Source: an uncultured Candidatus Saccharibacteria bacterium
GTDB lineage: Bacteria > Patescibacteriota > Saccharimonadia > Saccharimonadales > CAYZZS01
Length of the DNA: 64,000 nt
Direction of reading: 5' to 3'
Assembly (NCBI GenBank): GCA_964620175.1
Contig: CAZUIL010000001.1
Span: 12,584 to 76,583, forward strand
A program made the translations under genes and the position numbers. Every line of letters starts with the position of its first letter. The first letter of the stretch is position 1. Shown here piece by piece: positions 41,929-49,847 of this stretch. The notes beneath the pieces were generated by a model, which had not been told where the DNA came from, ran no database searches, and was given only the letters and a program-made list of their open reading frames with translations.

Positions 41929-42368
41929 TGAAGACATACAGCGCTAAACCAAGTGAAGTAACACGCAAATGGTACCTGCTTGATGCCAGTGAGGCGCCGC
42001 TCGGTCGGGTTGCAACAAGGGTGGCTACACTGCTCACAGGCAAGCACAAGCCGATGTTTACCCGGCATATCGACTGCGGCGACTATGTCGTGGTAATCAA
42101 TGCCGCAAACCTGGTAGTGACCGGTGACAAGCTTGACGCAAAGCGATACTACCGCCACAGCGGATACCCTGGCGGGTTGAAGCAAACAACGCTCAAACAG
42201 CAGCTGGAAAAGGACCCAGCCGCGGCAGTAATGCATGCCGTCAGGGGAATGCTGCCGGCCAATAAACTTCGGCCGCAGCAACTCAAGCGCCTCAAGGTCT
42301 ACGCCGGCGAAGAGCATTCCCACATGGCACAGCAACCAGAAAAGATAGCAGTGAAGGACAGTAAATAA
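41928..42368 (+). CDS. rplM: 50S ribosomal protein L13
   Basis: L13 homolog. Confidence 0.95.
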   Translation: MKTYSAKPSEVTRKWYLLDASEAPLGRVATRVATLLTGKHKPMFTRHIDCGDYVVVINAANLVVTGDKLDAKRYYRHSGYPGGLKQTTLKQQLEKDPAAAVMHAVRGMLPANKLRPQQLKRLKVYAGEEHSHMAQQPEKIAVKDSK

Positions 42369-42369
42369 T

Positions 42370-42774
42370 ATGGCAACGAAAGCAAACAACTATTTCTACG
42401 CACTCGGACGGCGAAAAAGCTCTACCGCAAGGGTCAGGCTGACTGCCGGCAGCGGCAAGGTGACAATTAACGGGAAACCTGCCGAAGAGTACCTAGCCGG
42501 CAGCCGCAACTTGTCCGGCAAGATGATGAAGCCGTTTGCTGTGCTCGAGCAGGAGAACAAGTACGACATCAGCGCTGTTGTGAGTGGTGGCGGCCATAGC
42601 GGGCAGGTAGAGGCAATTCAGCTTGGCATTGCAAAGGCGCTGGCGGCAATGAACGAAGACCTGCGTGGCACCTTAAGGCGAGCTGAGCTGCTTGGCCGCG
42701 ACCCACGCGAGAAAGAGCGCAAGAAGTTCGGACTTAAGGGCGCGCGCAAGCAACGCCAGTTCACAAAGCGTTAG
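42370..42774 (+). CDS. rpsI: 30S ribosomal protein S9
   Basis: S9 homolog ending ...RQFTKR. Confidence 0.95.
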   Translation: MATKANNYFYALGRRKSSTARVRLTAGSGKVTINGKPAEEYLAGSRNLSGKMMKPFAVLEQENKYDISAVVSGGGHSGQVEAIQLGIAKALAAMNEDLRGTLRRAELLGRDPREKERKKFGLKGARKQRQFTKR

Positions 42775-42790
42775 ATTTGTAGTGGTTCCC

Positions 42791-42819
42791 TTGACAAGCG
42801 CTATGATTACCAGTATTGT
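42791..42819 (+). promoter_or_regulatory. Candidate promoter for the trpS leader
   Basis: TTGACA, a 17-nt spacer, then TATTGT. Confidence 0.35.
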
Positions 42820-42829
42820 CAGTATCGTT

Positions 42830-42901
42830 ATGAACAGCTTACGTGTTTACGGGTTTTACTTTTGGTTTAGCACCCTAGCCAACGGGCGGCCCGGTTCATA
42901 G
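42830..42901 (+). CDS. Candidate 23-aa leader peptide (aromatic-rich, one Trp codon)
   Basis: MNSLRVYGFYFWFSTLANGRPGS. Its stop codon lies directly after the antiterminator 5' strand CGGGCGGC (42883-42890). Confidence 0.3.
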   Translation: MNSLRVYGFYFWFSTLANGRPGS

Positions 42902-42932
42902 CGTATATACAACCTAACAAAACGAATAATAT

Positions 42933-42955
42933 GCCGCCCGAGAGGCGGCTTTTTT
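42933..42955 (+). terminator. Intrinsic terminator / attenuator between rpsI and the trpS operon
   Basis: GCCGCC-cgaga-GGCGGC followed by TTTTTT. The 5' arm can alternatively pair with CGGGCGGC at 42883-42890. Confidence 0.6.
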
Positions 42956-42976
42956 AATCTGCAAAGGAGATAAACC

Positions 42977-43228
42977 ATGCACGACCAACAACGAAAACAA
43001 GAATTGGAGAAACTTGTCGAAAGTCTGGCTAATGACGAACGGCTGGTAAACGCCAACAGCCTTGAAATTTCCCAACGGATAGGCGAATGTGCGCGTACCG
43101 TACTGGGCTATGATCCAGGGAGAGAAATTATTACACTCAACGAGCAGGCACAGAATGATGTTTTGATGGTAATGCGGGGGCTGCGTGACGCCCTCTTCGT
43201 CCGACCACAGCAAGGTAGTGGTTTGTGA
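42977..43228 (+). CDS. Hypothetical protein
   Basis: 83 aa with a strong SD AAGGAGA. No family recognised. Confidence 0.5.
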   Translation: MHDQQRKQELEKLVESLANDERLVNANSLEISQRIGECARTVLGYDPGREIITLNEQAQNDVLMVMRGLRDALFVRPQQGSGL

Positions 43229-43261
43229 GATAACGGCGAAGCCGTATAATACAGGTTAACT

Positions 43262-44293
43262 ATGGGTAAGACGACAATACTCACCGGACTGAGGGCAAAT
43301 AACGATTTGCATATCGGCAACTATTTTGGTGCGCTCCTGCCTACTATCGACATGGCAAAAAAACACGCCGGAGAATACCAAATAAACCTTTTCGTGCCTG
43401 ATTTGCACAGCTTCACAACGCCGATTGATCACAGTAAGCTTTATCAGCAAACGATGAATAATCTCAAGATTTTTGCTGCTGCTGGACTGCCCTTGGATAA
43501 TCCAGACGTATACATTTACCGCCAAAGCTACATTCCTGCTCATAGCGAACTCACCGTCATTCTCAACAGTTTTACCGGCTTCGGCGAGATGAGCCGTATG
43601 ACCCAGTTCAAGGATAAGTCGAGCAAACTTGCCGCAGAACGGATCAGCGTCGGCTTGTTTGATTACCCGGTTCTTATGGCAGCGGACATATTGTTATATC
43701 ACGCGGAGTTGATACCGGTTGGCGACGACCAAACGCAGCACATTGAATTTACGCGTGATATCGCCACGCGCCTCAACCGCCAGTTCGGCGAGCTTTTTGC
43801 AGTTCCGAAACCAGTCAAGCAGCAGCACGAATTCTTCGGTAAAGACCAGGGGCTGAGGATCAAAGATTTAGCTGATCCCACAAAGAAGATGAGTAAGTCA
43901 GAAGCTTCGGACAAAGGCATCGTATTCCTGATGGATAAGCCAGCGGACGCGGCCAAAAAGGTGCTTGCCGCTACGACCGACAGCGTCGGCAGCGTAAACT
44001 ATGATCCGGAGAACCAGCCGGGCATCAGTAACTTGCTCCAGATCTTAGCGCTGCTTACCGACACCCCGCTCGAGGCAGTCAGCAAGCAGTACCATGGCCA
44101 GTCGAGCTACGCCGACCTAAAGCGGGCGGTAGCCGAGCAGGTGGAGCGGTTTTTGACTAACTTCCAGCAAGCCTACCAGCACATTGACGAAGCGGCGCTC
44201 CTCAGTAAGCTGGAGGCATCGGAGGCGGCTATGTCGCAAGTAGCCGACGCCACCCTTGCGAAAGTCCAGAAGGCTGTAGGTTTGCGGCCATAA
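43262..44293 (+). CDS. trpS: Tryptophanyl-tRNA synthetase
   Basis: HIGH-type motif LHIGNYFG and a KMSKS motif. Confidence 0.9.
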   Translation: MGKTTILTGLRANNDLHIGNYFGALLPTIDMAKKHAGEYQINLFVPDLHSFTTPIDHSKLYQQTMNNLKIFAAAGLPLDNPDVYIYRQSYIPAHSELTVILNSFTGFGEMSRMTQFKDKSSKLAAERISVGLFDYPVLMAADILLYHAELIPVGDDQTQHIEFTRDIATRLNRQFGELFAVPKPVKQQHEFFGKDQGLRIKDLADPTKKMSKSEASDKGIVFLMDKPADAAKKVLAATTDSVGSVNYDPENQPGISNLLQILALLTDTPLEAVSKQYHGQSSYADLKRAVAEQVERFLTNFQQAYQHIDEAALLSKLEASEAAMSQVADATLAKVQKAVGLRP

Positions 44294-44294
44294 T

Positions 44295-45164
44295 ATGCGC
44301 CGGACAATCATTGTTGACGACAGCGACGCGCAGCAACGGCTCGACAGCTTTATAACCGAGAATATTTCGGAGCTAAACCGCAGCTACGCGCAGCAGCTTA
44401 TCGATAGCGGCAGCGTAACGGTCAATGGCAAGGCTAAAAAGCCGTCATATAAACTGCGGCCTAATGACTCAATAACGCTCGAAGCTGACCTTAAGAGCAA
44501 GGCCGCCCAACCGGCAGTCAGCCTGCCGGTGATTTACGAAGATGAACACGTCGTTGTTATTGATAAGCCGGCCGGCGTGCTAACACACAGCAAGGGCAGC
44601 TTCAACCCAGAGGCAACTGTAGCAACCTTTATCGCCCCGAAGCTGCAGGGCTTGAAGGGGGAACGTGCCGGCATCGTCCACCGGCTCGACCGGGACACCT
44701 CAGGCGTTATGATATGTGCAAAGGACCAAGCAACCATGGCCATCCTGCAGAAGCAGTTTTCGGTCCGCACCGTGGAGAAGGAGTACATCGCGGTGGTAGA
44801 GGGGAATCTTGACCCGAAACAGGCGGTGATTGACGTGCCGATAGAGCGCAACCCCAAGCGGCCGCAAACTTTTCGGGCAGGCAGCAATGGCAAGCCGGCC
44901 CAAACCACGTACACCGTACTTGAGGAGAAAAACGGTTACAGCGTCGTCCAGCTTGCGCCCAGGACCGGCCGCACCCATCAGCTTCGGGTGCATCTCGCTT
45001 ACCTTAAGCACCCCATCGTAGGTGACAGGCTTTATGGCGGCAAACCGGCTGACCGGCTGTACCTGCATGCCTCCAAGCTGGACATACGCCTGCCGGACGG
45101 ACGGCGAATGACCTTCACCGCGCCACTGCCGGATGAGTTTAGCAAGTTAGGGGGACAGGCGTGA
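44295..45164 (+). CDS. rluD: RluA-family 23S rRNA pseudouridine synthase (RluD-like)
   Basis: N-terminal S4 domain and the HRLDRDTSGVM catalytic motif. Confidence 0.8.
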   Translation: MRRTIIVDDSDAQQRLDSFITENISELNRSYAQQLIDSGSVTVNGKAKKPSYKLRPNDSITLEADLKSKAAQPAVSLPVIYEDEHVVVIDKPAGVLTHSKGSFNPEATVATFIAPKLQGLKGERAGIVHRLDRDTSGVMICAKDQATMAILQKQFSVRTVEKEYIAVVEGNLDPKQAVIDVPIERNPKRPQTFRAGSNGKPAQTTYTVLEEKNGYSVVQLAPRTGRTHQLRVHLAYLKHPIVGDRLYGGKPADRLYLHASKLDIRLPDGRRMTFTAPLPDEFSKLGGQA

Positions 45165-46021
45165 CGGCACTCGTCCTCCATGGCCAGGTTGCCGCGGCGG
45201 TGGGGCGGTTCCTGGCAAAGCCAGCCCACGCTCTCATTATTGAAGGCGTGCCCGGCAGCGGCAAGCTGACGCTTGCTCGCCACATTGCCGAAGGAATTTT
45301 AAACATAGAGGGCAAGCTCGACAGTTACGGATATTTTCTGCAGTTGTCGCCAAACGGCGGGACCATTCCAATCGATGCGGTCCGCAGTCTGCGTTCGTTT
45401 TTGAAGCTAAAGACCGTGGGCAACGGTTCGATCAGGCGCGTCGTGATAATTGAAAACGCCGAGAGCATGACGGCCGAGGCCCAGAACGCCGTGTTAAAGC
45501 TTTTGGAAGAGCCGCCGGCTGACACTGTCATATTGCTCACTGCCACAAACGCCAGGCTGTTGCTGCCAACCATCGCATCGCGGACGCAGCGCCTGGCCAT
45601 TAAGAGTCCGCCCAAAACGGCGGTAGCCACGGCGTTTTCTTCAGCACCGAAGGACGCTGTAGACCGCGCTTACCTCATCAGCGCCGGCGCCATGGGGCTC
45701 TTTACAATGCTAGTAGAGAACCAACAGGATCACACGCTGCTCCAAAATATCGACCGCGCCAAGCGGCTGCTGGCAGCAAGCCGGTTCGAACGGGTCGCAG
45801 GCATTGAGCAGTTAGGTAAGGACCGCGGGCAGCTCATTGAGCTGCTGTACGCGCTAAAGAAGATTGCCCGGGCAGCCATGCTACAATCAGCAGCTAACGG
45901 TAAAAATTCCGAGACAGCACGGTGGATCACCATGAGCAGGCAACTGAACGCTGCCGAAGCCGCACTGGCCGCCAACGCCGTGCCAAAGCTGGTACTATCC
46001 CAGCTGTTCCTCAACATTTGA
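45161..46021 (+). CDS. holB: DNA polymerase III subunit delta'
   Basis: GVPGSGKLTLA P-loop and the SRTQRL sensor motif. GTG start. Confidence 0.75.
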   Translation: MTALVLHGQVAAAVGRFLAKPAHALIIEGVPGSGKLTLARHIAEGILNIEGKLDSYGYFLQLSPNGGTIPIDAVRSLRSFLKLKTVGNGSIRRVVIIENAESMTAEAQNAVLKLLEEPPADTVILLTATNARLLLPTIASRTQRLAIKSPPKTAVATAFSSAPKDAVDRAYLISAGAMGLFTMLVENQQDHTLLQNIDRAKRLLAASRFERVAGIEQLGKDRGQLIELLYALKKIARAAMLQSAANGKNSETARWITMSRQLNAAEAALAANAVPKLVLSQLFLNI

Positions 46022-46034
46022 TATAATCAATCGT

Positions 46035-46688
46035 ATGCTCGAGCTCACTATCGTAGCTGCCTTTGGGTACTTTGCCTACCGCAATACGACTATACGTGAT
46101 GAAGAACTTTCTGCGCTCCCACGGCGTATTAGCGACAAGCTTGGCAAGCTGTGGGACATTGCGCACCAGGGAATGCGTGAAAACCGCTTTCTCCGCGCTG
46201 AGAAGGCGCTCTTGACCATACTGAAAATCGATGAGAAAAACGCTGCCGCCTACAACCGCCTAGGGATTCTGTACGCAAAGCAAAAGGAATACAAAGACGC
46301 TATAGACTGCTTTGAGATAGCTTCCAGTATCGAAGCCACTCCCTCCAGCCTCCATAACCTCGGTCTCATTTATTACGAGACAGAGAATTACCAGAAGGCG
46401 GCAGTGGCGTTTGAGCAGGCACTGAAGCTCGAAGACGGTCTGGCTGCCCGGCATGTGGCCTATGCTAAAGTCCAGGAAAAGCTCGGTAATGACAAATTGA
46501 TGTTCCAGGAACTAGACCGCGCTGTTGAGCTCGAGCCGAACCAAGAGACCTACGGATTGCTCCTCAAGGCCTATGAGGCGCGGGGAATGGAAGCCGAAGC
46601 CGACGAAGTCCGCGAAAAGCTCAAGAAACTCATCGTGCCGTCTGGGAAGTCCAAGCGCATCCTCCGCCCCAAGCGTGTCGTAATATAA
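46035..46688 (+). CDS. TPR-repeat protein with N-terminal TM anchor
   Basis: Several 34-aa TPR-like repeats (AYNRLGILYAKQKEYKDAIDCFE...). Confidence 0.65.
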   Translation: MLELTIVAAFGYFAYRNTTIRDEELSALPRRISDKLGKLWDIAHQGMRENRFLRAEKALLTILKIDEKNAAAYNRLGILYAKQKEYKDAIDCFEIASSIEATPSSLHNLGLIYYETENYQKAAVAFEQALKLEDGLAARHVAYAKVQEKLGNDKLMFQELDRAVELEPNQETYGLLLKAYEARGMEAEADEVREKLKKLIVPSGKSKRILRPKRVVI

Positions 46689-46801
46689 GCATTTATTATT
46701 CCTTCGGCTCGGTTGCAATTCAGTTTGTGACGCTCTCTCATCGCCTCAATATGGCAACTGTACCGGCAAGAAAAAACAAGCCTGGAATGGCTCGTCTTTT
46801 T

Positions 46802-46822
46802 ATGGTGCAGAGGGAGGGATTC
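46802..46822. repeat. 21-bp direct repeat copying the tRNA-Tyr 3' end (att-like)
   Basis: ATGGTGCAGAGGGAGGGATTC is identical to 46991-47011, which is the 3' end of tRNA-Tyr on the minus strand. Confidence 0.7.
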
Positions 46823-46991
46823 AAGTGGAATTGGCTGGCGCATAAGGTATGCACAGCTTATATATACGACGCTTCGCTCGAGGCTACAAAAACACCCACT
46901 GGGTATTTTTGCCCCGAAGGCTTCCCTCGTGCGTTCAAATCATCATCTATCAAGAATCCTCCATAGCTCCCAAAAAGGGAGCGACGGAGGA

Positions 46992-47077
46992 TGGTGCAGA
47001 GGGAGGGATTCGAACCCCCGAAGGCGAATGCCAGCAGATTTACAGTCTGCCGTGTTTGACCGCTTCACTACCTCTGC
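46992..47077 (-). tRNA. tRNA-Tyr (anticodon GTA)
   Basis: 86 nt with a long variable arm. Anticodon loop CTGTAAA. GGTTCGAATCC T-loop. CCA encoded. Confidence 0.85.
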
Positions 47078-47172
47078 ATTGCGGAGAAGCGCGTGGCTTC
47101 TCCGACAAATTGTAACACCTCTTGTTAACTACACCCGACATTTAGCATCCTCGCACAATGCTAAATATATAG

Positions 47173-47248
47173 TGGAGCCGGCAGAGGGATTCGAACCCAC
47201 GACCCGCTGTTTACAAAACAGCTGCTCTGGCCACTGAGCTATGCCGGC
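47173..47248 (-). tRNA. tRNA-Thr (anticodon TGT)
   Basis: 76 nt. Acceptor stem GCCGGCA/TGCCGGC. Anticodon loop TTTGTAA. Confidence 0.8.
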
Positions 47249-47418
47249 ATTTTCCAAAATTCCAAGGATGAAGTTTACCATAATAAGGGGAGTTTTGCCA
47301 CTGGATCGGGCGTGCAGCCGGGCTGCGGCTGGCCGCTCAGGCCAAGAACCCCTTCCACATAGCTGAAAAAGCTGGTAGTATTTTAATCTGTTAGCGGGAG
47401 AACGGCTTTAGCCGTGTT

Positions 47419-47493
47419 GCCCAAGTAGCTCAGTGGTAGAGCGCATCCATGGTAAGGATGAGGTCACGAGTTCAATCCTCGTCTTGGGCTCCA
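47419..47493 (+). tRNA. tRNA-Thr (anticodon GGT)
   Basis: 75 nt. Acceptor stem GCCCAAG/CTTGGGC. Anticodon loop ATGGTAA. Confidence 0.85.
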
Positions 47494-47502
47494 TTTTTAT
47501 TT

Positions 47503-47865
47503 ATGCGTAGGAATAATCAAGAATACGGGCCAGCATACTATCAGCATAGGCGCAGTTTACGGGTAATGGCAGCGATCGGCGGGTTTATGATGGCGCTGGG
47601 TGCTGTTGGGATAAGCTACACAGAACGCTATACCGCGGAGCGCGATCTCGCAGCAATAACTACCGGGGTCGGTGGTGCAGTCCTGGCAGGTGTTGGTATT
47701 TGTATGGCCATGAAAGATTCGTCAGAATACCATGAGAATGGAAGAAACACCGCCTTGGTCGATGATCCTGAGGACTGCTGTGACGAAGAAGAGCTGTGGG
47801 AAAACGTGGTAATCGAAACCGATTGGATCAATGAGGTCGAAAAATACGCCAACGGCCAGCGCTGA
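47503..47865 (+). CDS. Small glycine-zipper two-TM membrane protein with acidic C-terminus
   Basis: TM helices VMAAIGGFMMALGAVGISY and ITTGVGGAVLAGVGICMAM. It is paralogous to the ORF at 52027-52308. The start was taken after the tRNA (the track ORF began inside the tRNA). Confidence 0.4.
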   Translation: MRRNNQEYGPAYYQHRRSLRVMAAIGGFMMALGAVGISYTERYTAERDLAAITTGVGGAVLAGVGICMAMKDSSEYHENGRNTALVDDPEDCCDEEELWENVVIETDWINEVEKYANGQR

Positions 47866-47937
47866 GGCCATAGGTGTTGAAAACTGAGCATAATCTGTTA
47901 CAATACCAGGTAATAAGTTATAGAGGTTAGGTTTTAA

Positions 47938-48141
47938 ATGGCCAAAAAAGGCGATAAACGAAAAGTGATTGGTTTGGTGTGCGAGGAGTCCGGACACCGC
48001 CATTATTACACGACCAAGAATACCCAGAACAGCCCAGAGAAACTGCAGCTGCGTAAGTATAATCCTATCCTGCGCAAGCATACGCTCTACGTCGAGACCA
48101 AGAAAAACCTTGGCCGAAACGAAGTAAAACCTAAGAAATAA
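47938..48141 (+). CDS. rpmG: 50S ribosomal protein L33
   Basis: MAKKGDKRKVIGLVC...YNPILRKHTLYVETKK matches L33. Confidence 0.9.
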   Translation: MAKKGDKRKVIGLVCEESGHRHYYTTKNTQNSPEKLQLRKYNPILRKHTLYVETKKNLGRNEVKPKK

Positions 48142-48156
48142 GGTAAGTCGGGTGGG

Positions 48157-48211
48157 CGCTACATATAGTGCAGGTACACCATATGTAGTAGCAAGCACGC
48201 TATATGTAGCG
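48157..48211. terminator. Long inverted repeat between convergent rpmG and tRNA-Trp
   Basis: CGCTACATATAG ... CTATATGTAGCG arms with a third TATGTAG copy in the loop. No classical T-run. Confidence 0.35.
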
Positions 48212-48226
48212 TGTCCCTGCTGCTTG

Positions 48227-48303
48227 TGGCAGGAGTGGAGGGACTCGAACCCCCGACACCCGGTTTTGGAGACCGGTGCTCTAGCCACCTGAGCTACACT
48301 CCT
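48227..48303 (-). tRNA. tRNA-Trp (anticodon CCA)
   Basis: 77 nt. Anticodon loop CTCCAAA. GGTTCGAGTCC T-loop. Confidence 0.85.
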
Positions 48304-48456
48304 ATCAGAAACACAGGGGTACACACTTAAAAGGTGCTTGCAGCGTAGCCGTCTGGCTACGCGTCCTCTTACGACAATCATACCTGATAGGAAGCCAAAT
48401 GTCATCCGTATGTCCTTTTCAGATACCAGTTAATCTGTTATACAATATGGGTACCT

Positions 48457-49116
48457 ATGAGCAAGATCACCGTTACCAAACCGTTATTGATAATGATGTA
48501 CGGATTTCCCGGGTCAGGTAAGACCTATTTCGCCCGCCAATTCTGCGAGGCAGTGAGCGCCGCCCATTTGGAAGGTGATAGGATCCGCAGCGAACTCTTT
48601 GAAAACCCGAGATACGACAAGCAGGAAAATGATATCGTAACGCACTTGATGGAGTATATGGCCGAGGAATTCCTCAAGGCCGGCGTAAGCGTAGTCTACG
48701 ACCTGAACGCCATGCGTCTTGCCCAACGGCGGGTGCTACGGGATATCGCCCGGAAGGCACATGCCAGCCACCTGCTGATATGGCAGCAAATCGATCCCGA
48801 ATCTGCACTGCTGCGGTCAACGAGCCGTGACCGGCGCCGGAGTGACGACAAACACGCCGCGCCGCTCGACAAGGACACCTTTGAGCGGGTTGCCAGCTAT
48901 ATGCAGAACCCTAAAAATGAGGACTACATGGTAATCAGTGGCAAGCATACGTTCAATACCCAAAAGAGCGCCGTACTCAAGCGGCTGTATGACCAAGGCA
49001 TAATTACCTCGGATACCGCGTCGTCGCACGTCGTAAAACCAGGGCTGGTAAACCTGGTGCCGAACCCAATGGGCGGGCGCGTTGACATTAGCCGGAGAAA
49101 CATAGTTATCCGTTGA
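48457..49116 (+). CDS. P-loop kinase-like ATP-binding protein (AAA_33/zeta-toxin-like fold)
   Basis: Walker A YGFPGSGKTYFA, 219 aa. Confidence 0.55.
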   Translation: MSKITVTKPLLIMMYGFPGSGKTYFARQFCEAVSAAHLEGDRIRSELFENPRYDKQENDIVTHLMEYMAEEFLKAGVSVVYDLNAMRLAQRRVLRDIARKAHASHLLIWQQIDPESALLRSTSRDRRRSDDKHAAPLDKDTFERVASYMQNPKNEDYMVISGKHTFNTQKSAVLKRLYDQGIITSDTASSHVVKPGLVNLVPNPMGGRVDISRRNIVIR

Positions 49117-49117
49117 C

Positions 49118-49840
49118 ATGGCAGCAAAACTGCTCGATATACCGGGCATCGGGCCGGTCAAACTCTACAAGCGGCGCCGCTCAAAATCCATACGTCTCTC
49201 CATCGCCTCGGACGGCCAGGTCCGAGTTACCATGCCGCCCTGGCTGCCCTACATGGCCGGCGTTGAGTTTGCCAAATCAAAGCAGGCATGGATACGGGAA
49301 CACCTTACCCAAACCCAGGCTGTCTTCGGGCACGGAGACAGGATCGGCAAAGCCCATACCCTGGTACTTTCGCAAAATGGCGCGGCAAGAATCAGTACGC
49401 GCATAAGCGGCAGCAGCATCAGGGTCAACGTGCCTATGAGCCTGCCGAGCGAACACCCCGATATCCAAGCCGCGATCAAAACCGCCTCTATACGTGCGCT
49501 TCGTAGCCAGTCCGAGCAGCTGCTAACGCAGCGTCTTGCCGAACTGGCCGTGCAGCACGGCTTTACCTACCGCTCGATTTCTATCAAACAACTCAGGCGC
49601 CGGTGGGGCAGCTGCAACAGTGAGGGCGACATAGCATTGAACCTGTTCCTGATGCAACTGCCCTGGGAACTTATAGATTACGTAATCCTGCACGAATTGG
49701 TCCATACGGAAGTATTGCACCATGGCAAGGAATTCTGGGATGCACTTGAATCAGTCTTGCCTAATTCCAGACGGCTGCGGACAGAAATCAAGAAGTACCA
49801 GCCATCACTGCAAGCGCAAAACGTAACCAGTATGGCATAA
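49118..49840 (+). CDS. YgjP/DUF45-family metal-dependent hydrolase (HExxH)
   Basis: RRRWGSC...ILHELVH motif characteristic of DUF45 proteins. Confidence 0.65.
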   Translation: MAAKLLDIPGIGPVKLYKRRRSKSIRLSIASDGQVRVTMPPWLPYMAGVEFAKSKQAWIREHLTQTQAVFGHGDRIGKAHTLVLSQNGAARISTRISGSSIRVNVPMSLPSEHPDIQAAIKTASIRALRSQSEQLLTQRLAELAVQHGFTYRSISIKQLRRRWGSCNSEGDIALNLFLMQLPWELIDYVILHELVHTEVLHHGKEFWDALESVLPNSRRLRTEIKKYQPSLQAQNVTSMA

Positions 49841-49847
49841 TAGCATT

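Noticed and set aside
41595-42389. 264-aa minus-strand ORF spanning rplQ/rplM
   Set aside because: Antisense to two ribosomal protein genes. No start context.
46727-46966. 79-aa + strand ORF between the two tRNA-Tyr 3'-end repeats
   Set aside because: Lies in the 168-bp att-scar spacer and runs into the tRNA. No RBS. Most likely non-coding.
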